Source: Octopus sinensis | Lineage: Eukaryota | Assembly (NCBI RefSeq): GCF_006345805.1 | Contig: NC_043007.1 | Span: forward strand, 8,866,001-8,930,000 | Direction: 5' to 3' | Length of the DNA stretch: 64,000 bases | In this document: piece after piece, positions 1 to 13,301 of the stretch | Layout of the letters: each line of letters opens with the position of its first letter | Position numbering within the stretch: the first letter of the stretch is position 1 | Translations under genes and position numbers: made by a program | Notes under the pieces: generated by a model | What the model was told of the DNA's origin: nothing | Database searches by the model: none | The model's input: the letters and a program-made list of their open reading frames with translations, nothing else

Positions 1-399
1 TCTTGTCCGCGCTAATGATGATAATGAAGTTCAGGAATTTAATGTGGATGATAATAAAAAAACAACGGAATAAGAAGGGGGTTAATGGTAGAGACCTAAG
101 TGTGGAGGAGAGGAATGTATGGGAAAGATGCGGAGGTGTATGAAGAAGAGATGGAGGAAATGGAAAGAGAGAGAAAGAAAGAAAAAGAGAGAAGGCGTAA
201 TCGGTAGAGAGAGGGTGTGAGGGACTTTGATAAAATTGGTTGATTACAAAGATGATGATGGTGAAATTGGTATGGGTAAGAAGGATTGAGGGGGGCACCA
301 GTAACAGTAGAAGGAGAAAGAGGTATAGAAGGTGGAGTAGGAGGGAGATAATGGATTGAGTTGAGGGGATTGGGGGATCGGGAGAGACTAAATGACGAA

Positions 400-727
400 T
401 GAAGAAGAGAACATCACAACACTACGAGGACAGACGATACGTTTGTGGTTGTTGTTGTTGTTGTTGTTGTTGTGCACGTTGTTGCTGCCTCAGCGGTTGG
501 AATTGCTCCTGCCGCCACTGCCACTGCTGTTGTTGCTATTGCTGCTGTTGTTGTTGTTGTTACGCTGTTATTATAGTTGATGCAGATCTTGTATTTCTTC
601 TCCATATTCACTTCATTCTTCTTCATCATCATCATCATCATCATCATCATCTTCTTCTTCTGCTTCTCCTCCTGATCCTCCTCCTTCTTCTTCTTCTTCT
701 TCTTCTTCTTCTTCTCCTTCTTCTCCT

Positions 728-780
<53 letters not shown>

Positions 781-804
781 TTATTATTATTATTATTATT
801 ATCA

Positions 805-851
<47 letters not shown>

Positions 852-995
852 ATACTTCTCCACTTCCTCCACGTCTTCTTCATCTGTTTTTTTTTTCTCC
901 GTCTTCTTCCTTCAATTCCTCTCTCTTCGCTTCATCTTCATATCTTGTTCTTCTATTTCTTCTTCTTTTTCTTCTTCTTCTTCTTCTTCTTCATC

Positions 996-1032
<37 letters not shown>

Positions 1033-1320
1033 CATTATCCATTTCTCCTCTTCCTCCTCCTCCTCCTCCTCCTCCCCTTCTTCTTCTTCTTCATCTGTTT
1101 TTTCTTCTCCGTTTTCTTCTTCCTCCAATTCCTCCTCCTCCCCCACCTCATATCGCCGCTGCCGTTTCTGTTACTGCTGTTGCTGCTGTTGCTGCTGTCA
1201 ATCGTTTTTTTGTAGTTGACGTTGTTACTGCTGAGTATTTTTTTTTCTTTATTTTATATTATTTTATTTTATTATATTTCATTTTTATTTTTTCTTTACT
1301 TCTCTTGTAGTATTTTTTTT
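400..1320. repeat. Compound trinucleotide microsatellite mosaic (GTT/GCT/CAT/CTT/TTA/CCT)
   Basis: Successive in-phase triplet tracts; source of the homopolymeric ORFs 392-1310. Confidence 0.95.
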
Positions 1321-1659
1321 AAACAACAAAAAAATAAAATAAAATCTGCTTCTATGATTATTGTTGTTATTTTTGCTGTGGTTGTTTTTTCAGGAAAGAG
1401 GGTAGAATGCTTAAGCTTCATCAAATTTATCTTCTCTACTTCATTCCATGTTCAAACTTGCAGTGTATGAGCATTTTCTCACGTTGGTGTTTATTTGTTT
1501 TTATTTACTATTATTTGTTTATTTTTATTTGTTGTCATTTATTTAAAAAAAAAAACGAAAAAAAAGAAACAAAGAAAAAAGAAAAAACAAACAAAACTCT
1601 TCATTATTTTTCTTCTATTACATGGGTTCCGTGTTTACCGTTTTTCACTCTGCAGCCAC

Positions 1660-1737
1660 GATAGAACTGCTGATAGTGATGAGGATGATGATGATGATGA
1701 TGATGACGATGACGACGACGACGACGACGACGACGAC

Positions 1738-1782
<45 letters not shown>

Positions 1783-2161
1783 GATGACGATGATGACGAT
1801 GATGATGATGATGATGATGATGATGACGACGACGACGACGATGATGATGATGATGATGATGACAGCACTGATGGTGATGGTGGTGGTGGTGGTGGTGGAG
1901 GTGGAGGCGAGCGGCGGTGGTGACGATGGAGATTGTAATACTAATTCGTAGTTGTTGTTACTGCTGCCGTATTTGTGTTGTTGTCGGTGGCGGTGGCGGC
2001 GATGGCGGTGTTGGCTGTGGTGGTGGTGGTGGTGGTGGTGGTGGTGGTTATAGTCGTGAGATTATGCCAAAAGCGAGAAAGATCATTTATTAATTAAACC
2101 TTACCATCCATACCCACTTCACCACACTCAGACTCTTCAGGCACTGATGTTAACTTAATGC

Positions 2162-2192
<31 letters not shown>

Positions 2193-3640
2193 ATTTTTTT
2201 CTCTCTCTTTTTATTTTCTATTTTTTTATTTTTTTTTGAAACATTTGTTATGCTTTATATTTTTGTTAGAAAATTCCTATTCATTTTCTCTAATTATTCA
2301 TTCGTTTTAAAGGATTCTTTGTTGTAAATGTTGAAAACATGAAAGTCTTCTGTGTCCAGAGAGCTGAATTTATAATTATTCCCATGCTGCGTTCATGGAG
2401 GTAAGGGCGCGGGGTGGGGGTGGTGGAAGAGCGGTGTATGTGCAAAGAAAAATAAATGCATGAAAGAGCGGACATTGCACGAAATATGCAGCTGCGTCAA
2501 AACCACTTACCACATGTGTGCATTTAAGTAATGCGTGGATTTAAAAATGAGTAAGGGCATAATGACCTTCTGATTAAGATTTTACTGATCTTTCTCGAAC
2601 ATTACATGTCACAATACGAGAAATGGCTCTTGTTGATGTTGCTGTTGTCATCGGTGGTGGTGGTGATGATGTCATCGACGGTTCAAATTCTAGGATCGTT
2701 CATCTAATTAGTCCTTATGCGGTGGGTGGGTTGGTGGTAATGGTGGTGGTGGTGGTGCTAGAGATCGCTGCGGTTGTAGTAGGATCGTTGTGGTTGCTGT
2801 TGTTGTTTTCCAGTGGTGGTTGTAGTGTTGGTGGTTGTTTTTGTGGTGGCGGTTGCAGTAGAGGTAAAGACGGCAGTGTAGTTGGTGTTGGTGGTGGTTG
2901 CTTTCAACGGAGACGATTAAGGCGTTTGTAACGGTGGCCTGGGGGTAGTGCTGGTGGTGGTGGTGCTGGTAGCAGTGCTGGTAGAGATGATGGCGATGAT
3001 AGTGGTGGTGGTGATGCTGCTGTTGATGATGATGGTGGTGCTATTGGTGATAGTGGTGTTGTTTGTTTGTATTGGGTGGTGGCGGTTGTCACTGTGGTGA
3101 AGGTGGCGTCGATGTCAGTCGCATTTATAATGTCGTTGTTATTGATGGTGGTGGTGGTGGTGGTGGTGGTGGTGGTGGTAGAGGTGGTAGAGGTGGTAGA
3201 GGTGGTAGTGGTGATGGTGGTGGTGGTGGTGGTGGTAGTAGTGGTGGTAGAGGTGGTAGTGGTGATGGTGGTGATGGTGGTGGTAGTGGTGGTGTTGGGG
3301 TTGTTGGTTGTGGTGGTGGTGGTGGTGTGGTAGAGGTGGTAGTGGTGGTAAAGGTGGTAGTGGTGATGGTGGTGGTGGTGGTAGTTTTCTGGTGAAGGCT
3401 AGAGTGGGTGCATTGGTAGCAGGGGTCGTACCGTTGTTATTGATGTTGTTGTCGGTGGTGGTGGTTATGGTAGTGACAGTAGTGGGTGTTCGTGCGGTGG
3501 CGACTGTAGTGATGATGAGGGTGTGGCGGCGGTGGCACCGTTGTACTGTCGTTGCTGTTTGTTGTAGTGGTCGTGGCGAGTGTTAGTGTAGTGGTCGTGG
3601 CGAGTGTTAGTGTCGCGGTGGTTGTGATGGTGCTTGTAGT
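1660..3640. repeat. (GAT)n/(GAC)n/(GGT)n/(GTT)n low-complexity region
   Basis: Direct reading; poly-D/G/V/M ORFs derive from it. Confidence 0.9.
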
Positions 3641-3894
3641 AATATTATTGCTCTAGCTCAAGTTAAAACGGTCGGAGGAGACATATGAAATCAGTGATAT
3701 TCCAACGATGGCCATCTATTTAAGGGATATCTAGAACAACATTATTTAATGGGTTCTTTGAATTTTGAAGGCGATTAATTCTGATCTGAGGGAAGTTTAG
3801 TTGCGATTTCTACAGGACCGATCAATCGACAATATGCTGTCGCATTTGTCCGTCAGCGTCGCTCTACTGATTCTGCTGTACGTTACCATATATT

Positions 3895-4095
3895 TTTTAC
3901 TTCTTTCAATCATTAGAGTGTGGCCATGTCGGAGAACTGCCTTGAAGAATTTTTAGCCAAATGGACCGATTCAAGTTATTATTTCCCTTCTTTTTAATCT
4001 GGTGATTTTTCTATCGATCTCGTTTGCCGAACCGCTATCTAATGTTTGTCAAGCGCTGATGGAGGACAAACACAAGCACAATGACACACACACAT

Positions 4096-4133
<38 letters not shown>

Positions 4134-4134
4134 T

Positions 4135-4185
<51 letters not shown>

Positions 4186-4383
4186 ATATATATATATTTA
4201 TATATATATATGATATGTGTATATGACGGGATTCTTTCAGTTTCCTTATACCAAATCCACTCAAAAGGCTCTGGTCGGCCCGAGCCCATTGTAGTAGACG
4301 ATTTCCCAAGATGCCATTCAGTGGGACTGAACCCGGAACCACATGATTGGGAAGCAGTCTTCTTTACACACAGTCACGCCTGT
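3895..4383 (-). mobile_element. SINE family A (tRNA-derived, central TA/TG microsatellite), diverged
   Basis: Reverse complement of head GTGACTGTGTG...GGTTCCGGGTTCAGTCCCACTG...TTGGGAAA and of the tail seen intact at 6073 and 15047. Confidence 0.85.
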
Positions 4384-4429
4384 AATTTTTTCTGCTGTAC
4401 GCTTGTATTGCAAGGGCACCAGATTCATG

Positions 4430-5581
4430 TACCTTATACTTATTCTTAGTGAAAATTTTGAAGAGTGCAGTTCGAGTTTAACAGTTATTTTTTCGAAGCT
4501 ATAATGGAAGTGACAAAAGAGCATATTCGACATATTTTGCTTTATGAGTTCAATAAAGACCACAACGCAACGGAAAGTGCGATGAATATTAATGCAGTAT
4601 ATGGAGAACGGACAATAAGCATAAGTCAGTGTCAGCGGTGGTTCCAGAAATTCCGAGCCGGAAACTACAGCCTAGAAAACGGGCTTCTTCCTGGAAGATC
4701 TATAGCTCTCGATGAGGACGTCCTGCAAGCCCTGGTGGAATAAAATCCCATCGTAACTGTTCAGGATCTAGCAGAGAAGCTTGGATTTGGTCATTCAACT
4801 ATTCATCGACATCTACGTGCAATCGGAAAGGTCAGCAACTTGGGTCGATTGGTTCCTCAAAAATTTCCAAATCTAATTGCAAACAGAGAGTGAATAAGTG
4901 CCCTTCTTTGCTGTCACGTCCCACAAATGAACCTTTTTTTTTTTTGCAACGAATAGACACTAGTGATGAGAAAAAGGTTCTTTATTAAAATATCAAGCGC
5001 CGAAGACAGTGGGTAGGGAAAGAAGAAACACCGGTACCCCAGGCTAAAGAAGGTCTACCTGCACGTAAGGTGTTGTTATCTGTTTGGTGGGATATGAAAC
5101 ATTTAGTCCACTTTGAACCTTTAAACCCAAATCAAACGATAACAAAGGAGATCTCATGCAAGCAGCTTGGGCAGCTTATGTCAGCGCTAGAAGAAAAACG
5201 ACCATCTCTGGTTTCAAGACGGAAAGTGTTCTTCCATCAAAATAATGCTCGGCCACAAACAACGAGGATGACATTCCAAAGGCTGGAGCAACTTCAATGG
5301 GAAACGATGCCTCACCCACCATACTCTCCGAACATTAGCCCATATGATTATCATGTATTCCGCAGCCTTCAAAATCATTAGACGAAAAAGATACGATTTC
5401 TGTAGATGAGGCCAGAACAGGTGTATTTTTCGTTGCGGACAAGCGAATTTTGGAATAGCATTGTAGAAAAGGAAGGAGAGTATATTTTAGATTATTTTAG
5501 ATTAAATGAGTTTTGTTTATCTTAATTTTGAAAACTGAAAGAAGTATAAAAACACCGCGTTATTTATGGGATGACCCAATA
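4430..5581 (+). mobile_element. Mariner transposon, decayed; right TIR present, left end lost
   Basis: Transposase remnant plus right end TTATTTATGGGATGACCCAA followed by TA at 5580-5581. Confidence 0.9.
4504..5381 (+). pseudogene. Mariner transposase pseudogene
   Basis: MEVTKEHIRHILLYEFN...QRWFQKFRAGNYSLE; LGRLVP; SDEK; VLLSVWWD; HQNNARP; PHPPYSPNISPYDYHVFRSLQNH, with stops and frameshifts. Confidence 0.92.
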
Positions 5582-6072
5582 TTTTTAATGGCTCTGATAG
5601 TATGAAAGACAAAGCCGTCCCCAGGGCCATTTGAACGCAAAACGTAAAACTAGATGAAATGCCACTAAGCAGTTTTTACGGTGTGTCATCTCATCGCCGT
5701 CAATAAAAACAATTACTTGCATTGCTGTACCCACCTATTCCAAAGAAAACCGTGTATTCCAGCATGGTTTCAGTCTAATGCGTGAAACATGTAAAAGAAG
5801 GAACAAGAAATATAACACAATTGAGATAATGTAGTTTCGTTTTTTACGCCCACAAATTTCGCATTTTCCTGGATTAATACTCCTAAAAATATCTGGAGAA
5901 TTAGCTTAAGATTAGTATCTGCCAAATGAAATACCAAGTGATATTGTATTTATTGAAACTAATAAATAATTCTAGGCGATCAGTTTTATGATGTCTTTGT
6001 AATATATATTCCTGTGGAAGCTCTATATCTTTTCTCATTGGCAGGAAAATTGAAAGATTAAGAAACTTAATA

Positions 6073-6517
6073 GGCGTAGGAGTGGCTGTGTGGTAAGTAG
6101 CTTGCTTACGAATCACATGGTTCCGAGTTCGGTCCCACTGCGTGGCACCTTAGGCAAGTGTCTTCTACTATAGTCTCGGGCCGACCAAAGTCTTGTGAGT
6201 GGATTTAGTAGACGGAAACTGAAAGAAGCCAGTCTTATATATATATATATTATATATATATATATATGTATGTATGTATGTATGTGTCTGTATATATGCT
6301 TGTGAGTCTATGTTTGTCCCACCCACCCACCCAACATCGCTTGACAACCGATGCTGGTGTGTTTACGTCCCCATATCTTAGCGGGTCGGCAAAAGAGTCC
6401 GATAGAAGTTCTAGGCTTACAAAGAATAAGTCCTGGGGTCGATTTGCTCCACTAAAGACGGTGATCCAGCATGGCCACAGTCAAATGACTGAAGCAAGTA
6501 AGAGAGTAGAAGAGTAA
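6073..6517 (+). mobile_element. SINE family A, full length
   Basis: GGCGTAGGAGTGGCTGTGTGGTAAG (A-box-like), GAGTTCGGTCCC (B-box-like), CCTTAGGCAAGTGTCTT, internal (TA)n, tail ending (AAGAGT)n. Confidence 0.93.
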
Positions 6518-6729
6518 ACTATATACAAAGTATCTATCGAATCATACTTAAATTAAGAATACTGACTTCCATATGAAATAAAGCAAATTGCACGCTTCAT
6601 TAACAATTGACACACTCTACGCTCTATGGTGGCCTTGGTAGCGAAATATTTGGAGTTTGTTGCATAAGTGTTTAAGTGAAGGGCGAAATATGCCTATTTG
6701 CTGGAGAAACTAATATATAATATATATAA

Positions 6730-6786
<57 letters not shown>

Positions 6787-6827
6787 ATATATATAGATTA
6801 TATATATATATATATATATAATTTTAA

Positions 6828-7253
6828 TGTACGATAAAATTTTTCCGAAAGAAAACTTTATCAATGGCCAGCATATTAAAAGATACCTTTAACTGTTAAA
6901 ATTATAAACAACTTATAAATAAGGGCAAACGAAAACATTTCTAATGCCAAATATGCCGAAAATTGGACATATTGTCCATAACCATATAATTCTTCACAAT
7001 ACGCACGCTACTCGAAAAAAAAGCCGACAGAAATTTCTAAAAAATTCCATTATTACCATATCGGACCGATTTCAGGGTTAGTTCGTAAGAACCCTCCCTT
7101 CGTCAGTGATAAATGTGGGAAAGAAATAAATGAAATACTTACTCATACCCACATAGCGTGCGTATTGTGAAAAATTATATGGTTATGGACAATATGTCAA
7201 ATTTTCGGCATATTTGGCATTAGAAATGTTTTCGTTTGCCCTTATTTATAAGT

Positions 7254-7255
<2 letters not shown>
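6828..7255. mobile_element. Foldback insertion between (TA)n tracts; probable Penelope-like terminal-repeat fragment with an inverted partial copy
   Basis: 102-bp inverted repeats at 6909-7010 and 7154-7255 (2 mismatches); the spacer carries a hammerhead motif. Confidence 0.7.
7048..7115 (-). ncRNA. Type-I hammerhead ribozyme motif, canonical core
   Basis: Minus strand: CATTTATCA CTGACGA AGGG-AGGGTTCTTACGAACTAA-CCCT GAA ATCGG-T-CCGAT A TGGTAATAATG; stems I, II and III all pair, triplet AUA. Confidence 0.85.
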
Positions 7256-7291
<36 letters not shown>

Positions 7292-7512
7292 CATATATAT
7301 ATCTGTATGAATGTGTATATATATGTATATATGTATATATATCTATATATATATATTATATATATATATATTATATGTATGTATTATATATGTTATATAT
7401 ATATATAATGTATGTATATTATTCTTTTACTTTTTCAGTCATTTGATTGCGTCCATGCTGGACTATCGCCTTTAGTCGACCCCAGGACTTATTCTTTATA
7501 AGCCTAATACTT

Positions 7513-7923
7513 GAGGTGGTTTCATGGCAAAGAATTCATCAAGGTATCTTTTTACGTCATCCAAGGAATTGAAATTTTTACCATTAAGATGATTCTGTAG
7601 AGACCTGAATAAGTGGAAATCCGAAGGAGCAATATCTGGTGAATATGGAGGGTGGGGTAATACATCCCAGCCGAGCTGCAGCAATTTTTGTCTGGTTCCC
7701 AAAGCATCAAGTGCCGAAAATGAACTTTCTTATCTTCCATTTTAAAGGGTTACACAATTAACACAGGTTGTAGGAAGATAAACCTTCTTCCATGAAAAGA
7801 TAGCTTAAACCGTGCTCTAAATGGAGAGGTAGTCAAATCCTATTTTATGGACTCAACCATGTTCTAAAATAAGTCGAAAGGTAAGCTACTATAAATCGGC
7901 ACCAACTTTCCGGACAACCCAAT
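7513..7923 (-). mobile_element. Internally deleted mariner (copy 1)
   Basis: TIR ATTGGGTTGTCCGGAAAGTTGGTGCCGATTT, N-terminus MEDKKVHFRHLMLWE joined to C-terminal GTRQKLLQLGWDVLPHPPYSPDIAPSDFHLFRSLQNHL; 3' end cut by a SINE-A tail at 7420-7512. Confidence 0.88.
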
Positions 7924-7960
7924 CTAATGTAATCCAAAGCATCCAAAATAACTAACAATG

Positions 7961-8046
<86 letters not shown>

Positions 8047-8425
8047 ATCCGAGAATGTATCGGTCTTATGTGAGTAGGGTTTAATGAAAACTTAGAGTGG
8101 TTGAGATGTAAGTAGGTGTGAATATAGCTAGGATGTGAGTCTTAAGCATAACGAAGTTACTGTGTGTGAAACATTAACTATGTAATAGGTATACAATGTG
8201 GTAAGGGTTTATAAAATTTACAGTTATGAAGCTATACAAGCGTAAGAAGAATATGGCAATACCATATGACTGGAGATTCAAGACAGTAGAAAGTGATATA
8301 TCTGCAAGTGCAACAGAACGCAAATACAGTATGTGAGTAAGTAAGATATGTATATAAAAAATAAATGCACTAATAAGTATAACTATATAAGACTACAGAA
8401 GTACACAAATACACACCTATATACA

Positions 8426-8490
<65 letters not shown>

Positions 8491-8617
8491 ATATATATGT
8501 ATAGAATATAATAATGTATGTATATTATTCTTTTACTTTTTCAGTCATTTGATTGCGTCCATGCTGGACTATCGCCTTTAGTCGACCCCAGGACTTATTC
8601 TTATAAGCCTAATACTT

Positions 8618-9022
8618 GAGGTGGTTTCATGGCAAAGAATTCATCAAGGTATCTTTTTACGTCATCCAAGGAATTGAAATTTACCATTAAGATGATTCTG
8701 TAGAGACCTGAATAAGTGGAAATCCGAAAAGGAGCAATATCTGGTGAATATGGAGGGTGGGGTAATACATCCCAGCCGAGCTGCAGCAATTTTTGTCTGG
8801 TTCCCAAAGCATCAAGTGCCGAAAATGAACTTTTATATTCCATTTTAAAGGGTTACACAATTAACACAGGTTGTAGAGAAGATAAACCTTCTTCCATGAA
8901 AAGATAGCTTAAACCGTGCTCTAATGGAGAGGTAGTCAAATCCTATTTATGGACACAACCATGTTCTAAAATAAGTCGAAAGGTAAGCTACTATAAATCG
9001 GCACCAACTTTCGGACACCCAA
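8618..9022 (-). mobile_element. Internally deleted mariner (duplicate copy 2)
   Basis: Same sequence as 7513-7923 with small indels. Confidence 0.85.
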
Positions 9023-9539
9023 ATAATTAATCCAAAACAAAAAAAATAACTAACAATGCTGTGTGTGGGGGTGTGTGTGTGTGTGTTGTGTTATGTGTGT
9101 GTGGTGGTGTGTGTGTGTGGGGGTGTGTGTGTGTGTGTGTGTGCATCCGAGAGAATGTATCGGTCTTATGTGAGTAGGTTTATGAAAACTTAGAGTGGTT
9201 GAGATGTAAGTAGGTGTGAAATAGCTAGGATGTGAGTCTAAGCATAACGAAGTTATGTGTGTGAACAATAACTATGTAATAGGTGTACAAGTGGTAAGGT
9301 TTATAAAATTTACAGTTATGAAGCTATACAAGCGTAAGAAGAATATGGCAATACATATGATGGAGATTCAAGACAGTAGAAAGTGATATATCTGCAAGTG
9401 CAACCAGAACGCAAATACAGTATGGAGTAAGTAAGTAAGTATATAAAAAATAAAAAGACACTAATAAGTAAAACTATATAAGACTACAGAAGTACACAAA
9501 TACACACCTATATACATAATATACTATAAATATATATAT

Positions 9540-9707
9540 ATATATATAATATATTATATATTATAATATATGTACGTACGGACAACCATACGTGTGCACA
9601 TACATCTCTTGCCATTGCGTACAAAGACGCATGGAATATATGCACGTGTTGTGTGTGTGTGTGTGTGTGTGTGTGTTTCTGCGTATCTGTGATCATGTGT
9701 GTATGCA

Positions 9708-9740
<33 letters not shown>

Positions 9741-9820
9741 TATAATTTCTACACATACATATGTATAGATAGATAGAGAGAGAGAGATAACTTGATAGAT
9801 AGTTAGGTAGATAGATAGAT

Positions 9821-9858
<38 letters not shown>

Positions 9859-9863
9859 GTAGG

Positions 9864-9919
<56 letters not shown>

Positions 9920-9929
9920 CAGATAGACG

Positions 9930-9975
<46 letters not shown>

Positions 9976-9976
9976 C

Positions 9977-10041
<65 letters not shown>

Positions 10042-10555
10042 TACATGCATATACTTATATATGCATACATACGTACGTACGTAGATATAAATGCACACAC
10101 ACACACACACATATACATATACAAATGCGTATACAAGTGTATGTGTGCGCGTGTGTGCATATGTGAGTGCGTATGCGTCCGTGTGTGTATGTGAGTGAGT
10201 GTATGTGAGTGTCTGTTTGTATGTATGTAGCATGTATATTTCTTTATGTATATGTGAATGCGAGAGATATATATAAAGATATTGTGAGTGAAGGGGGAAA
10301 AAATATGCTATTGAGAATAAACGAATAAAATTGTTGTGCGGCGGAAATGGAAAGGAAATTGGATGTATAGATTAATAGAAGACAGGTAATAATTTTAAGA
10401 CAGATAGGGAGAAGACGGGAATTCAAGGGGACACAGTTGGAAGGTTAATAAAAACAGAATGATCGAACTCACATACAAACACATACAGATATACTAGAAT
10501 ATATCCATACATTCCAACATACATTCACGCATATCTGTATATTATGTATAAATGA

Positions 10556-10608
<53 letters not shown>

Positions 10609-10833
10609 GTGTGCATATATATGTGAATGTATGATAATATATATATATATATTATATATATAATATATATATATATAATATATATATATACATATGTATG
10701 TATATAATATATATATACTTATATATTTATATTTATATTTATATTGTATATATATATGTGTATATATATATATACATATGTATATATACATATGTATATA
10801 ACAATGTATGTAATATATATACGTATAATATAC

Positions 10834-10870
<37 letters not shown>

Positions 10871-12060
10871 TATTTATGTTCGATACGATACAAGCATGTG
10901 CCTGAATCTGCTTTTCGCACTGTCACACACATATATATCTACAAAGGTTGCATAAAAGCGAGTGAGTATATATATGTGCATATATATATATATATACGGA
11001 CATACCTATCAGATTCACATATAGCAAAAACACACATACAAAAATCTCCAAGCTCTCACACGTATGCATACTAACTCAGCTAGACGCACCAATAACGCTA
11101 CATTATCTTTGCAAATCAAATGTCCATGGAAATTAATATAAATATGTACGCACACGCGCACCCACAAACATAAACCAGTATTTGGTGTGTGTGTACACAT
11201 TACATAATATATATATGTACATATGACATACATACACATACACAAATATATAATATATATACATATATATTATATAATATTATATATAGTATGTATGTAT
11301 ATATATATATATATATACATATATTATACACATACACACATACCACACACACATATATCAGTATATTGTATTATATATATTATATATGCTTACACACATA
11401 CGAATATATGAACGCGAGAATAAAAAGAGAAAGCCCTACTACAATACACGAAGGAAATGGGAAAATCTGAGAATATATAAAGATATAATAGGAAAGATTT
11501 AAAGAGAAAAATATGAACAAAAACAGCGATAAACATCTAAGAATAGAAGAATGATCGAATTACAGAATATGATATTATGAGGAGAAAAAGAATTAGACTG
11601 TGGTTATCTCCTGCACATGTGAGAATGTATAGGTGCATGTATGACAGCATACTCATGCATTATACATACATACATACACACACATATATATATACATATA
11701 TATATAAATAGATACACGTATATTTTTACACACACACATATATTTGCATAGATATATGGATTATGCATATATATACATGTATATATTTATATGTATGTAT
11801 ATATATATGAGCGTGTGTGTATAAATACATGCATGTATATGCGTATAAAACTATGAGTACATATATATATATATATATATTTATGATATATGTGTATATG
11901 TATATAGATTTATGCGTATGTGTATATATATGTATGTGTGTGTGTGTGTTCGTGAGTGTGTGCATATATGCATGTATGTGTATATATATATCTATGCATT
12001 TGTGTATATGTATACATATATATATGCGTGTGTGTATGTGTGTGTATGTGTGTGTGTGTG

Positions 12061-12098
<38 letters not shown>

Positions 12099-12100
12099 GA
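9540..12100. repeat. (AGAT)n (9770-10045) and TA/CA/TG dinucleotide mosaics
   Basis: Direct reading. Confidence 0.9.
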
Positions 12101-12842
12101 AGGGGTATTGTTAAGATCATGCGTGCATGGTTAGACGTGTTTTTATATCAGTTTATATGTTTCGACGGAGAAAAAAATAAGTAATCAAAGAAACTCTCAC
12201 AAATTATGAAAATGAAAGAATTACAAGAATGCAAGAATGCAAGAATTATAGAATAATTTTCACATGAGATTTGCAGCACCGATAGGGAGTTTCATCAACT
12301 GAGTATTTTGTTGCATCAACAGTGAAGATCTTGTATTAATATCACATATCCACGGTTCAGGAGTTTATTTTTATGGAAGGTTATTTCTACGTGTTACCCA
12401 ATGTCTTGAAATTCTAAATATTCAGTGATGATTTCTTATTTTAGATAATCTACTTCAGTTAATTTTTTCTTTTTTGTTATAAAACTTACATCTTCCTTTT
12501 ACATTTGCTGTTGTGATTACTGTTCGTTCACTCAATATACAGTGTATAGGTCTTCTACGACGATGGGAAGACGGCTAAGTAAAACAATTTTGGCCTAAAA
12601 GGGGAAGGTTGACACAATTGAAAAAGTGCCTTGTGACCAGCGGTGTATAACAGCATTCGATAGTCTTATCGATACAGAATATATAGGTGAGACATGTATG
12701 TATGCATGCATGCATGTATTCATGTATGTATGTATGTATGTATATATGTATACATGCATGTATGTATGTATGAATGAATGTATGTATGTATGTATGCATG
12801 CATGTATGTATGTATGCATGTATGTATGTATATGCGTATGTA

Positions 12843-13147
12843 TTGTCTGTTCCTTCTCGAGCCATGCCTGGCTCATAAGGGCCGGTTTCCCGGTTTCCTT
12901 GGCGTATAGGTTCCCCAGCTGGACAGGACGCCGATCCGTCGCAGGTGAGCTGCAAGATGCAGGAGGAAAGAGAGAGAGAAAGTTGTGGCGAAAGAATCAG
13001 TAGAAGTTCGCCATTACCTTCTGCCGGAGCCGCGTGGAGCTTAGGTGTTTCACACATAAACACACACATTCTCCGCTCTGAGATTCGAACCAGCAATCCC
13101 TCGACCGCAAGTCTGTTGCTCTAACTACTAGGTCATGTGCCTCCACA
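12843..13147 (-). mobile_element. SINE family C (tRNA-like head GTGGAGGCACATGACCTAGTAGTTAGAGC)
   Basis: Head with GGTTCGAATCTC B box; body matches the copies at 59316 and 59713; tail ...GGCTCGAGAAGGAACAGACAA. Confidence 0.9.
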
Positions 13148-13225
13148 TGCGTATGTATATATTTTATATAAACATACATGCATATAGATAGGTAGATAGA
13201 AAGTTATATATATATATATATAAAT

Positions 13226-13301
<76 letters not shown>

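Larger units (their letters stand above)
7405..9545. repeat. ~1.1-kb tandem duplication (units start ~7405 and ~8511)
   Basis: SINE tail, mariner fragment, (TG)n and unique flank all repeated in the same order; copies differ mainly by 1-bp indels. Confidence 0.92.

Noticed and set aside
399-1310. 303-aa ORF and overlapping ORFs
   Set aside because: Pure trinucleotide-repeat translation (poly-C/L/I/F/P); no coding signal.
3871-4402. 12-bp repeat TTCTGCTGTACG around a SINE as a possible TSD
   Set aside because: Neither copy abuts the element end, so it is not a target-site duplication; short enough for chance.
6073-6150. tRNA-like heads as tRNA genes
   Set aside because: They continue into SINE bodies and lack complete cloverleaves.
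9508-12134. ORFs rich in Y/I/H/T/C/V (also near 20500, 22400, 41750 and 62500)
   Set aside because: Translations of TA, CA and AGAT microsatellites.
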